Positions 54,151 to 62,845 of a DNA stretch of 64,000 nt are shown here, one piece after another. A program made the translations under genes and the position numbers. Source of the stretch: Gemmatimonadota bacterium (GTDB lineage Bacteria; Latescibacterota; UBA2968); contig JAPPAB010000158.1 of NCBI GenBank assembly GCA_026705765.1, positions 3,050 to 67,049 of the forward strand, read 5' to 3'. How positions within the stretch are numbered: position 1 is the first letter of the stretch; the number at the start of each line of letters is the position of its first letter. Under the pieces are notes generated by a model. The model saw nothing but the letters and a program-made list of their open reading frames with translations. It did no database searches and had not been told where the DNA came from.

Positions 54151-56557
54151 ATTCGAAATCCAGGTAATCGCTCAAGCCTTCGCCCGTTGCTCCGGCGTCT
54201 GAAAAATCCTGGGCAATACTGGAAAAATCCGGTGGGTCGGACAAAACGAGATAGTCGCACAAAAATCTGTTGTTGCGAACCGCAACCCAGGGCCATGCCA
54301 ACCCCAGAGAAATGACGAGTAAAATGAAGTTTCCCACCTTCAACGAGAGAAGGCGGCTACCAACAACAGTCGAGTGAAATGAAGTGCCTTCGAACGTTGT
54401 GCAAGACCAGTAGTAGCGCGTCTTGTGTGCCCAGTACCAATACCAGCACAGGCCTAGTGTAAAAGGCGTGAGGAACAAATTTAGCACAAAATACCAGAAT
54501 AGGGCGCGCCCTGTGCCGAAAAATTTAAAACGCCCTGTGCCAAAACGCACGCTCCTGGTCAGGAATAGGCGAATCTTCGTTTCAAAATAGGGGTAATATA
54601 ACCCCAGAGTGAATATTGTTTTTAACAGTCCGATATAATAGATTTTGAAAAATGTTTTGCTATTGCCCCTGAAGGAGAAACGAATGCCGCGATAGGAAGT
54701 TCGGCTGAGCCTGAAACGCAGGGAACCCACAATGGCCAGTGGCAAAAATACAAAGAGCAGAAGCCCGTAAAACGCGAGCAGAGTGATCCACTCGTGTGTC
54801 ATATCTTCCCAGAAAAACGAGGGTATTTCCGAAATCAATACGATTGCGAGAATTAAAATAAGGGCTTTAATCCAGCCAATGCAGAGTTCGCCGCCGGTGG
54901 TGTGATTTGAGAACCGGCTGTTGTGCAATTCCGTTTGGCTGTGCATATAACGCCGAATTTTTGCCTTGCCCCAAAAATAATATACGCCGAGCGTGAGGAG
55001 GGTGAGCAACACATTGATCACAAAAATGCCAAACAAGCTACTCCCATTTCCGTGAAACCTGAGACGGAGGGGATTGTGATCTTCACCCAGTTCAGGCACG
55101 TTGAGCGGCTGCCCGGCTGCTGCGAGAATAACGATATAGAGCAAGCCAACGAGTATAATAACTGTGAAAAGGATAGAAACAAGGTAGAAAATGGCACGGA
55201 ACGTTGCCGAATCGATAAACCAAAAGGGACGAATATCCACACCACTTACAATCTCGCCAGGAGCTACGACTATGTCGCGTTCTCCACCCCATGCATCCGG
55301 CACCTGGACCCTGTATTCGCCCGGTAAGACCCTCATTTCGTAAAAACCCTGAGCATTGGTCACAGTACTCGCTTTTACATGCTCTTTGGATGTTGTGAGA
55401 GACACTGCAATGGGATCTGTAGCGGTTCCATCTCGATTTTCAACATGTCCCGAAATACGCGCCCATCGCGTTGTATCGGGTTCAAATACCACAAGTGCTT
55501 GATTGGAAATTTGCAACGGCGTATCTGAATCAAATACCGTTGATGTCGGTTTTCGGATCTGCAATAACAGCTTTCCGTCAAGTAGTTCGGAAATTCCCAG
55601 AACGTGATTACCCGGTAATCCATCCTTTTCTGTCAACACAAGCCACGATTGCCTGTCAAAGCGAACCAGACCGCTTTGTTCTGGGTCTGTTATATCATCA
55701 TGGTGTACACCAAACCAGAAGGTGCCATCTCGCGCACAAAGTGCTGCTCGCACTTTCCCAATAGGCATGCCGGAAGCCGGGTTGATTACGCGCCATTTAT
55801 CACCGTCATAAACGGAAATATCATCGCGATTGCCATGCGTACACCAGATGTCGCCATTTTTTCCCACTACAATTCGATACACTTTCTGATAGCTTAAACC
55901 GTCTCCCCGGCCATAGTTGTGCCATTGTCCATCTCGATATTGACTCACGCCTCTGTAAGTCGCAGTCCAGAGGTGGCCTTTTTGATCTACGGTCAAGTCG
56001 TAAATACGGTCGTTCCTGAGTCCTGCTTCGGTTGTGTGATGAAACCAGCGGTCATTGGAATACTCAAAGATGCCGTAGCCCTCGCTTGATCGGCGTTCAT
56101 ATAGGGGATGAGCACGCATCCAAAATCGACCTTTGCCATCTATAACCGCTGGGGGACTCACAATCAAATTCCACTTTAACTTTGTCTTTGTTGTCTCTCG
56201 TATCACACCGTCGTAGCGAGCTGCAATGAGTGAATCGCTGTGATGTCCAAAAAACCACATGGTCCCTGTAGAATCTTGCACCATCGCATCCACAGGCCAC
56301 CCCACATGGACCTTTGACAACTGACTCTGCCTCAGCACAAAGACATCGTCCTGATGTCCCCACCACATGTTGCCTTCTCTGTCTATGTAAGGCCGTTCAC
56401 CGGCGGTCAAAAAAGCGGTGCCGGTTAGAAGGCTCCAGCGACCAGCAGCCGTCGTGTCCTGAGGCACTAACGAGACTTCCTGGGCATTGCCGGATGAGAT
56501 GAATCCCCAAAGGAGAAAAAAATAAACTGTCAACCGAGACAATGATTTCAGATGCAT
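54140..56557 (-). CDS. fusion protein: signal peptide + two-component-regulator-propeller (Reg_prop) repeats + CarboxypepD_reg-like domain + C-terminal DUF898 (YjgN-like) membrane domain
   Basis: Repeats of the type GHLWTATYRGVSQYRDGQWHNY, GDIWCTHG...ISVYDGDKW and GTFWFGV....GLVRFDRQSW. Ig-like segment ISGHVENRDGT....GFYEMRVLPGEYRVQV. Three DUF898 repeats: F.G.GSSLFGIFVINVLLTLLTLGVYYFWGKAKIRRY, FRGNSKTFFKIYYIGLLKTIFTLGLYYPYFETK and FFGTGRALFWYFVLNLFLTPFTLGLCWYWYWA. Confidence 0.75.
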   Translation of the reverse strand: MHLKSLSRLTVYFFLLWGFISSGNAQEVSLVPQDTTAAGRWSLLTGTAFLTAGERPYIDREGNMWWGHQDDVFVLRQSQLSKVHVGWPVDAMVQDSTGTMWFFGHHSDSLIAARYDGVIRETTKTKLKWNLIVSPPAVIDGKGRFWMRAHPLYERRSSEGYGIFEYSNDRWFHHTTEAGLRNDRIYDLTVDQKGHLWTATYRGVSQYRDGQWHNYGRGDGLSYQKVYRIVVGKNGDIWCTHGNRDDISVYDGDKWRVINPASGMPIGKVRAALCARDGTFWFGVHHDDITDPEQSGLVRFDRQSWLVLTEKDGLPGNHVLGISELLDGKLLLQIRKPTSTVFDSDTPLQISNQALVVFEPDTTRWARISGHVENRDGTATDPIAVSLTTSKEHVKASTVTNAQGFYEMRVLPGEYRVQVPDAWGGERDIVVAPGEIVSGVDIRPFWFIDSATFRAIFYLVSILFTVIILVGLLYIVILAAAGQPLNVPELGEDHNPLRLRFHGNGSSLFGIFVINVLLTLLTLGVYYFWGKAKIRRYMHSQTELHNSRFSNHTTGGELCIGWIKALILILAIVLISEIPSFFWEDMTHEWITLLAFYGLLLFVFLPLAIVGSLRFRLSRTSYRGIRFSFRGNSKTFFKIYYIGLLKTIFTLGLYYPYFETKIRLFLTRSVRFGTGRFKFFGTGRALFWYFVLNLFLTPFTLGLCWYWYWAHKTRYYWSCTTFEGTSFHSTVVGSRLLSLKVGNFILLVISLGLAWPWVAVRNNRFLCDYLVLSDPPDFSSIAQDFSDAGATGEGLSDYLDFEFEF

Positions 56558-56608
56558 GAAATTTCCGTGTCACAAATTGGAGATTGAGCGATTATTACAA
56601 AGGCCAGT

Positions 56609-57568
56609 TTAATCCGTCCATTGATCTTTGAGCCATTCGGGGGGACCGTATAGCAGTGGTTTTTCGTTCCATGTAAATAGCGGTTCCAGATCTCGCAAAA
56701 TATCGTCGAGTGCCGCGTGATCGTACGCATCTTGAGTTGGAAAGCGGGTTGTCAAGCGGCTGTGCGAGCTTTTGATGACCTGGCGGCGACGCAGTATTTC
56801 GGGATAATTTGTGCCTTTTATTGTCTCGAGCGCGAACAATGGTGCCATGATGCCATATACCCGTTTTGCTTCTTTCAAATCTCCAGCCTCCAGAGCATTC
56901 CACAGGCGCACCACGACATCTGTTATGTGACAGCCCGGCATTTGTCCGGCTACGCCGCGCGGATGTTCGAGTAATAAATAGCGGCCACTGGCGCCGCCAA
57001 ATACGCCTTTCAATTTTGGTCCCGCCTTTTCGATCAATCCCGTAGTCATGTGCGTCGGGGGGAAGGTCTCTTCTTTGACGTATTCTATGTGTTCTACTTC
57101 ATTGATTAAGCGCACCACTGTGTCGATTGATAACTCGCTGCCCCGCGTGTGATTTTGTATAAAAATTGGCATATCCACTTCTCGGTCTATTCCCCGATAA
57201 TAGCGGACCATCGCATCTTCGTCTTCGATTGGCTCGATATAAGGGGCCATTGCGATGACACCATCGGCTTCCAATGCCTGCGCGTGACGCGCGAACATTG
57301 CCGCGTGATTACCACTTGCTCCCTGAACGCCGAGAATTACTGGAACGCGCCCGGCGATGTGTTCTACGACCATCTGCATACCGTGCAGGCGTTCCTGGTC
57401 GGTCAATACGGGAAAACTACTGGCATTTACGGGCCAGACAATTCCGTGCGCGCCGCAGGTGATACAAAAATCCAGCACGCGCTTGAGGTCGCCCCAATCG
57501 ACATCTCCATTTTGCTTAAACGGCGTTGAGGGAATGGTTAATACCCCGCGAAATGTATCGGAACTCAT
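56609..57568 (-). CDS. dihydrodipicolinate synthase / N-acetylneuraminate lyase family (DapA-like) class I aldolase
   Basis: GVLTIPSTPF...G.VDW..L......CI.CGAHGIV......S.F..LTDQER and VPVILGVQG are typical of the DHDPS family. AGGAG RBS. Confidence 0.8.
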   Translation of the reverse strand: MSSDTFRGVLTIPSTPFKQNGDVDWGDLKRVLDFCITCGAHGIVWPVNASSFPVLTDQERLHGMQMVVEHIAGRVPVILGVQGASGNHAAMFARHAQALEADGVIAMAPYIEPIEDEDAMVRYYRGIDREVDMPIFIQNHTRGSELSIDTVVRLINEVEHIEYVKEETFPPTHMTTGLIEKAGPKLKGVFGGASGRYLLLEHPRGVAGQMPGCHITDVVVRLWNALEAGDLKEAKRVYGIMAPLFALETIKGTNYPEILRRRQVIKSSHSRLTTRFPTQDAYDHAALDDILRDLEPLFTWNEKPLLYGPPEWLKDQWTD

Positions 57569-57681
57569 GGTGTCTCCTTTTTTAGAACGTTATCATAAAA
57601 TATATCTACCTGGAGAAAATAATCTATGAAGTCTCATCACCAAAGAAAAATATTATCAACTTTCAGCAAGGGATTACACTG

Positions 57682-57758
57682 TTTTGACGTAAAATTTGGT
57701 TGCTTATTCCAAATTTTGGCGTAAATTATGGAATATAAGTCCAGATTTTACGCCAAAA
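57682..57758. promoter_or_regulatory. three copies of TTTTGRCGTAAA (two direct, one inverted) upstream of the DapA-like operon
   Basis: TTTTGACGTAAA at 57682-57693, TTTTGGCGTAAA at 57714-57725, and the inverted TTTACGCCAAAA at 57747-57758. The last two form a perfect 12-bp inverted repeat with a 21-nt spacer. The site is 114-190 nt upstream of the start at 57568. Confidence 0.4.
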
Positions 57759-57789
57759 GGGGATATAACGTACAAAATGAACACAATCC

Positions 57790-57828
57790 AAAAGCCCCCC
57801 GATGCTGTAATCATCGAGGGGCTTTTTT
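57790..57828. terminator. bidirectional intrinsic terminator after the BNR4-like gene
   Basis: GCCCCCCGATG (57794-57804), 7-nt loop, CATCGAGGGGC (57812-57822) with one mismatch. It is flanked by AAAA on one side and T6 on the other. The T-run overlaps the stop of the - strand gene. Confidence 0.75.
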
Positions 57829-59137
57829 AATTGTTGCGAAGGATATAGAGTCTCAATTCATTTGGCGGTGGGATTTTTTCTCTGGGTCTGTCGCGGTTGC
57901 GATCCAGTGTTTCCCAGCGCAAGACGTATTGCTCGTCGGGGCGTGTTCCCTTGCCGCGAGCACCGCGCAGGTTGACAGTCATGCCCGGATAATCAGATGT
58001 TATTCGTTCTAATTCTTCGGGTATCTCGCTATCGGGTGGTGGGTATGTCCCGATCACTTGCAGGGTTTGGGGGTGCAATTTCCAGATTCCCTGGCCTTCT
58101 TTGATATGCCAGTAACTCATACTCAGGCCCCCATCGGCCTCTGACTCGACGCCACCCAATCGAATTTCTGCACCGATAGAGCCGCCGCCCCCAAACTCCC
58201 ACCGATAGGTCCAATCACTCACTTTGTAAAATACCCACTCGCCATTTTCCAAACGCGCACAATAGGCTTGTGTGTATCCATTTTCGTCGTGTTTGTGATA
58301 GCTGATCACGGCGCGTTTCTGATCGTCAAAACCCAGTGATTGCGTCATATTGATCAATCCACCTCCTGGGGGCACGGGATCGACAGTGGCTCCGCTTTCT
58401 ATTGTAATTGGCAAAGTTAGTGCTTTGCCACCACCTGTTTCCCAGGATAGGAGGTCTGGACTGCGTGCATAAGAAATATTGTGATTGGTCGCACAATCGG
58501 GTGTATCGCGCCAGATCCAGACCATGTGATAAATCCCGTCTGGTCCTTTTTCGGGCATGCGTGCATACGCATTCATGCGGTCGAGCCCATCGAGCAATGG
58601 CGTATTGTGCATCCGGTGCCATGTTTTTGTCTGGACATCATACACATTGTAAAAATCGACGCCATTGCCGCTACTACCGTCTCGATATCGAAAAATCAAT
58701 TCATTATTTGGGCCGCGCATAAACACGGGGTAGGTACAGCGATCCTCATTTTTGCCGACCATAAAGTCTATGCGTTCAAAACTCGTGACATCAAGTGGGC
58801 GCGTTGTGCGAAAATAAATCAAGGGATCCACATGCATATTGCCGCACAAATGAATATGGCCATCGTCGTCGATGGCCATGGTCAGTGAATTGTGACTGTC
58901 CCATCCGATCTCTGAAGACAGTCGGCCCCGATTCTCCAGCCATATACCTTCGGGGTGTGCAAATATCCATGTTTCTTCATCTATTTTTCGCATTCCAACG
59001 GTCATTTTGCGCTCGGCATTGTAAAACGCGATAAATTGCACATCGCCGTGGGTCAATAGATCAAACCCGACGGGGTGACCAGACCAGACCGTTGCGACAA
59101 ATAGCGAACTGTAAACGGAAAGATTACTGGAACTCAT
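57827..59137 (-). CDS. BNR4-type (BNR repeat-containing family) beta-propeller protein, no signal peptide
   Basis: The block YPVFMRGPNNELIFRYRDGSSGNGVDFYNVYD..TKTWHR, and the overall pattern, resemble my recollection of Pfam BNR_4. Not verified. Confidence 0.6.
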   Translation of the reverse strand: MSSSNLSVYSSLFVATVWSGHPVGFDLLTHGDVQFIAFYNAERKMTVGMRKIDEETWIFAHPEGIWLENRGRLSSEIGWDSHNSLTMAIDDDGHIHLCGNMHVDPLIYFRTTRPLDVTSFERIDFMVGKNEDRCTYPVFMRGPNNELIFRYRDGSSGNGVDFYNVYDVQTKTWHRMHNTPLLDGLDRMNAYARMPEKGPDGIYHMVWIWRDTPDCATNHNISYARSPDLLSWETGGGKALTLPITIESGATVDPVPPGGGLINMTQSLGFDDQKRAVISYHKHDENGYTQAYCARLENGEWVFYKVSDWTYRWEFGGGGSIGAEIRLGGVESEADGGLSMSYWHIKEGQGIWKLHPQTLQVIGTYPPPDSEIPEELERITSDYPGMTVNLRGARGKGTRPDEQYVLRWETLDRNRDRPREKIPPPNELRLYILRNN

Positions 59138-59155
59138 AGTTTATCCTGTAATTCG

Positions 59156-60082
59156 TTAAAACAAAGAGCGCGTTTTTTGATCAAAGATGTAGTGTTTGGG
59201 ATTTTCGGGATCGCCATTTTTGTAAACTGAGTAGTGGAGATGTGGGGCTGTTGCGCGTCCTGTCCTGCCGATCTCTCCGATCTTTTCACCGCGTTTGATG
59301 TGCATTCCGAGCTTGACATGTGGCTTTCTGTTCAGGTGTCCATACAGAGTTTTCAGGCCATAGCCATGGTCGATAATTACATACCATCCCAAACGGCTGT
59401 TGTGGTCAATTTTATCTATTTTCCCATCGGCTGTAGCGATAATAGGCGTGCCCCTGCGACCGGGATAATCGATACCAAAGTGAAATTGTCTGCGCCCGGT
59501 GAAGGGGTCTCGACGGTAGCCAAATCCCGATGAGATTCTCGGATTTTCCATCCGTACGGGAGTAATTGAAGGGATGTGCTGACGCATCTGGATGTCTTTG
59601 CTGAGCACTGACAAAATCGTATCAAAGCTGGTTTTTAAAAAGTGCGCTTCTCGCAAGAGTTGATCCATATTGGTGCGGTTATCAGCCAGAAGGTCTGAGA
59701 CATCGTCTGAAACGGCAGTTTCCCATTCTGGCAGTATGGGATCTCCACCACCTACACCTAATTGACGGACTTCGTCACTTGGTTCGGACAGGTCAACCCA
59801 GGCGCGCATGATGCGATCTTTTTCCTGTAGCTGGTCCATGTTGTGGCGCATGTTTTCCAATTCTTCTTTTATTAAGACAAATTCGCGTTGGAGTACAGTA
59901 TTTTCCTCCTTGAGTTCGGCAAGTCTTTCCCTTTTGCCAATTGTGGCAACATAGCCTAGTGAGAGCAATAGGAGCAAGCACAATGTACTTATAATACCGA
60001 TAAATTTGGGTCGTGAGAGATGGTATTCTTTGATATAACCTTCATTGTGGGAGATAAACATTAAAGTCAGATATTTTTTCAT
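59156..60082 (-). CDS. M23-family metallopeptidase (peptidoglycan endopeptidase) with N-terminal TM and coiled coil
   Basis: HFGIDYPGRRGTPIIATADGKI, YGHLN, and GEKIGEIGRTGRATAPHLHYSVY (HxxxD / HxH LytM motifs). Confidence 0.9.
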   Translation of the reverse strand: MKKYLTLMFISHNEGYIKEYHLSRPKFIGIISTLCLLLLLSLGYVATIGKRERLAELKEENTVLQREFVLIKEELENMRHNMDQLQEKDRIMRAWVDLSEPSDEVRQLGVGGGDPILPEWETAVSDDVSDLLADNRTNMDQLLREAHFLKTSFDTILSVLSKDIQMRQHIPSITPVRMENPRISSGFGYRRDPFTGRRQFHFGIDYPGRRGTPIIATADGKIDKIDHNSRLGWYVIIDHGYGLKTLYGHLNRKPHVKLGMHIKRGEKIGEIGRTGRATAPHLHYSVYKNGDPENPKHYIFDQKTRSLF

Positions 60083-60205
60083 GCAAAAAATCCGGGTAAA
60101 GGTGAGCGTGACTTGTCTATGGCTGAGGGAGAATATAGAACTTTCGAACAGTCCATGTAAATCTACATTTAGAAGTGAGCAATATATAACTTTTCGGCCA
60201 TTTTA

Positions 60206-61558
60206 TCAAGTGCTTGTTCCCCAGTTTTTCAGGAAGGCGAAGGCTTCGTCGCGCACGGCCTGGCGCAGATTGGGAATATCGTCGCAGAAAATACGCACTA
60301 CTTTGGCCTGTGCTTCAAAATTGTCGATCAGATAATTTTTGAGCAAAGAGACTTCCGGGTCGTCAAAGCTCAGGGGTTCTGATTTTTCTACGGGAATGTG
60401 GGCATCGAAAAAGACTTTGAGATCTACTTCGGGACTTTTGTCAAATTGAAGAATGTCGAGGAGTATTTCATTGCCGAAAAGGTTGAGATTGTACTTTGAG
60501 GAAAGATGGGCACAAAGGGCCATTTCGAGTTCTCTCCGCTGGTTGGGCGCATCATAGAGGCGGCGAAATACATTTATGAGGTTGTGCGCGTATTCATGCG
60601 GAAAGAATATGCGGGCTACTTTGAAGAGTTTGCGTCTTTTGAGACGGCCAATCAGGCTGGTTCGGTAGGAGAACCCGAGTTCGGTGTATTCTTTTTCGAG
60701 GCGGTGAAGCAGGTCAGATTCGGTGGCGCGGTCAAAATCATTTTCCGTCAGCGAACAGTTGGGATGCGCCAGGAGGTCCTGTATTCCGCGCTTGAACATG
60801 GCATTGGCTGAGCGAACCGCGTGGTGCCAATAAACATTGCGATACATCAGATAACTGGTAAAGATGAGCGCTTCTGTCGCAGATACGCCTTTGTAAGTGA
60901 TGGCTGGTCGCTGTGTCGCGTGATGGTATGTAATTGAGGACAGGAGGCGGTCTCTGTTCACGCTCTCGCCAAATGGGACACCGCAGTAGCGCGCATCGCG
61001 CAGGAGATAGTCGATTTTGTCGGGGTCGAGCGTGCCGCTGAGAATGTGGGCAAGGCGCATATCGCGGTCGGGAATGGTGCGCTGCTGGTAATCGATGACA
61101 TTTGCAACGCGCTGGGGATCAATACCCACTTTGAGTAGCGCGGCGTGAACTTCTGTACCAGGATCTTCAATGATGTAGCGTCCTCGCGTTTCATGGTCAA
61201 TAAAAAACATCTGCATTTCTTCGAGCAGATGCGAAAAGGGATAATGACCAATGTCGTGCAACAAACTCGCCGCGAGAAGAACGCGCACATCATCGATATC
61301 AATATCAGGAGGGGGCTGGGTTTTGAGCAATTGCTTGAGAAAATGGCCCGCAATGTGAAACACACCCAAAGTGTGCTCAAAACGCGAGTGACGCGCTCCG
61401 GGATATACGAGCAAGACGTGCCCGAGTTGCGATATGTCGCGCAGGCGTTGAAATTCTTCGGCATCAACAAGGGGTAAAAAATCGGGCGGTATATGGATAT
61501 ACCCCCAAATGGGATCCCGGATTGCTTTGCCTTCTTCGAGAAAGCGTAAATCGATCAT
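60206..61558 (-). CDS. HD-domain phosphohydrolase (dNTP triphosphohydrolase-like)
   Basis: HSRFEHTLGVFH ... LLHDIGHYPFSH ... DKIDYLLRDA, typical of HD/SAMHD1-like enzymes. Confidence 0.85.
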   Translation of the reverse strand: MIDLRFLEEGKAIRDPIWGYIHIPPDFLPLVDAEEFQRLRDISQLGHVLLVYPGARHSRFEHTLGVFHIAGHFLKQLLKTQPPPDIDIDDVRVLLAASLLHDIGHYPFSHLLEEMQMFFIDHETRGRYIIEDPGTEVHAALLKVGIDPQRVANVIDYQQRTIPDRDMRLAHILSGTLDPDKIDYLLRDARYCGVPFGESVNRDRLLSSITYHHATQRPAITYKGVSATEALIFTSYLMYRNVYWHHAVRSANAMFKRGIQDLLAHPNCSLTENDFDRATESDLLHRLEKEYTELGFSYRTSLIGRLKRRKLFKVARIFFPHEYAHNLINVFRRLYDAPNQRRELEMALCAHLSSKYNLNLFGNEILLDILQFDKSPEVDLKVFFDAHIPVEKSEPLSFDDPEVSLLKNYLIDNFEAQAKVVRIFCDDIPNLRQAVRDEAFAFLKNWGTST

Positions 61559-61576
61559 GAGAGGAGTAAGGTAAAA

Positions 61577-61670
61577 GACGAATCAGCGAATCAACGAATC
61601 GAAGCTCGTACTGATTTTGGGGGTAGGGCGGGATTCGTCTATTCGTCTATTCGTCTATTCGTCTATTCGC
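61577..61670 (+). repeat. composite octamer-repeat element R2 (3 x CGAATnnn / conserved core / 5 x ATTCGTCT)
   Basis: CGAAT at 61579, 61587 and 61595. ATTCG at 61633, 61641, 61649, 61657 and 61665 (8-nt phasing). Core ACTGATTTTGGGGGTAGGGCGGGATTCGT. The right arm supplies the last four codons (RIDE) and the TAG stop of the TetR gene. Confidence 0.85.
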
Positions 61671-62272
61671 AGTCCGCGCACAAAAATTGTCACGAGATTT
61701 TCGATCATGGCGTCATCGCGTTCTGGTGTATCGGTTTCATTTCTCGCAACAAAACGGCTGATGCAGTATTGCAGCAGTGAAAAGAAGAAGGAGCGAAGCG
61801 ATTCAGCCGGATCAACCGCGCAAAACTGGCCCTGATCGACACCGGTTTGAATGGCCTGGCGAATGGATCGCATGTGGGGGTTGCTGTAAATTGCGAAAAA
61901 TTTTTCTCGAAATTTGTGATCTTCAAGTGCGCTGTACATCATCAGGCGTATGAACGTCGAATCTCTGCGATTGCGATTGACAAATGTCTGGGCAAAGTCG
62001 CGCAAGAGGTGTTCGATATTGCGCGGGTCCGGCGGCGGGGTTGTGTCTTGATCCCACTGTTCTGAACGTTTTTCAACCGTGTATGTGATAATGGCATTGT
62101 AGAGGTCTTCTTTGGTCGCAAAATGCCTGAAGATAATGGCTTCCGAAACATCTGCCGCACGGGCAATGGCGCGCGTGGTGGTACCGGTAAATCCTTTGGT
62201 GGCGAAGAGCGTCATTGCCACTTCGATAATTTGGACGCGCCGTTCGGCCTGTGTGAGTCGTTTTCTGGGCAT
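61655..62272 (-). CDS. TetR/AcrR family transcriptional regulator
   Basis: N-terminal HTH: RVQIIEVAMTLFATKGFTGTTTRAIARAADVSEAIIFRHFATKEDLY. Confidence 0.9.
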   Translation of the reverse strand: MPRKRLTQAERRVQIIEVAMTLFATKGFTGTTTRAIARAADVSEAIIFRHFATKEDLYNAIITYTVEKRSEQWDQDTTPPPDPRNIEHLLRDFAQTFVNRNRRDSTFIRLMMYSALEDHKFREKFFAIYSNPHMRSIRQAIQTGVDQGQFCAVDPAESLRSFFFSLLQYCISRFVARNETDTPERDDAMIENLVTIFVRGLRIDE

Positions 62273-62478
62273 GAGGGACCGGTACTTTTGGGGTGAATGC
62301 CTGGATATTGAAAGAATATCATCAGGGGAAGAATGGTTGTCAAGTTGAAAAAAAACGGGAATTTGGCGCGAAATGAGGTGTAAAATCTGCTACTTATCGC
62401 ATGGGTCTGAAGCCTTGCGAAGGATCGGCTAAGACGGATCTCGGCAGGTGGGTTTGGGAGGAAAGACATTACTTTTGC

Positions 62479-62507
62479 TTGACACTTTTTGCTCAATATG
62501 ATAATTT
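62479..62507 (+). promoter_or_regulatory. putative sigma70-type promoter of the tRNA pair
   Basis: TTGACA (62479-62484), a 17-nt spacer, then TAATTT (62502-62507), or ATAATT with a 16-nt spacer. A 7-bp leader hairpin CCCTTGA/TCAAGGG (62542-62563) precedes the tRNA. Confidence 0.4.
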
Positions 62508-62574
62508 TGCTTTCACACAGGATGTGTCTGGTGTCCGTTAACCCTTGATAGAATCCTCAAGGGCAGGTTCTTTT

Positions 62575-62648
62575 GCTCCCGTAGCTCAGCTGGATAGAGC
62601 AACTGCCTTCTAAGCAGTAGGTCGCAGGTTCGAGCCCTGCCGGGAGTG
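62575..62648 (+). tRNA. tRNA-Arg (anticodon UCU)
   Basis: Hand-folded cloverleaf. Acceptor GCTCCCG/CGGGAGT (G1:U72 wobble), D arm GCTC-AGCTGGATA-GAGC, anticodon stem ACTGC/GCAGT with loop CTTCTAA, T arm GCAGG-TTCGAGC-CCTGC. CCA is not encoded. Confidence 0.85.
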
Positions 62649-62663
62649 TTTTGCGTTTTGTGT

Positions 62664-62741
62664 GGTGGGTGTAGCTCAGTCGGTCAGAGCGCCTGGTTGT
62701 GGCCCAGGAGGTCGGGGGTTCAAATCCCCTCACTCACCCCA
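62664..62741 (+). tRNA. tRNA-His (anticodon GUG) with encoded G-1 and CCA
   Basis: G-1 at 62664. Acceptor GTGGGTG/CACTCAC, D arm GCTC-AGTCGGTCA-GAGC, anticodon stem CCTGG/CCAGG with loop TTGTGGC, T arm GGGGG-TTCAAAT-CCCCT. Discriminator C, CCA at 62739-62741, followed by a T-run. Confidence 0.9.
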
Positions 62742-62845
62742 TATTTTTTTTATGCATGTGCTGAAGAGGTTTTATTCAGTATCTCGGGCTTTTAGCTTCT
62801 ATATACAAGGGGTTAAAAGCCCTGTTTTTATTTTAGGTCGAATAG

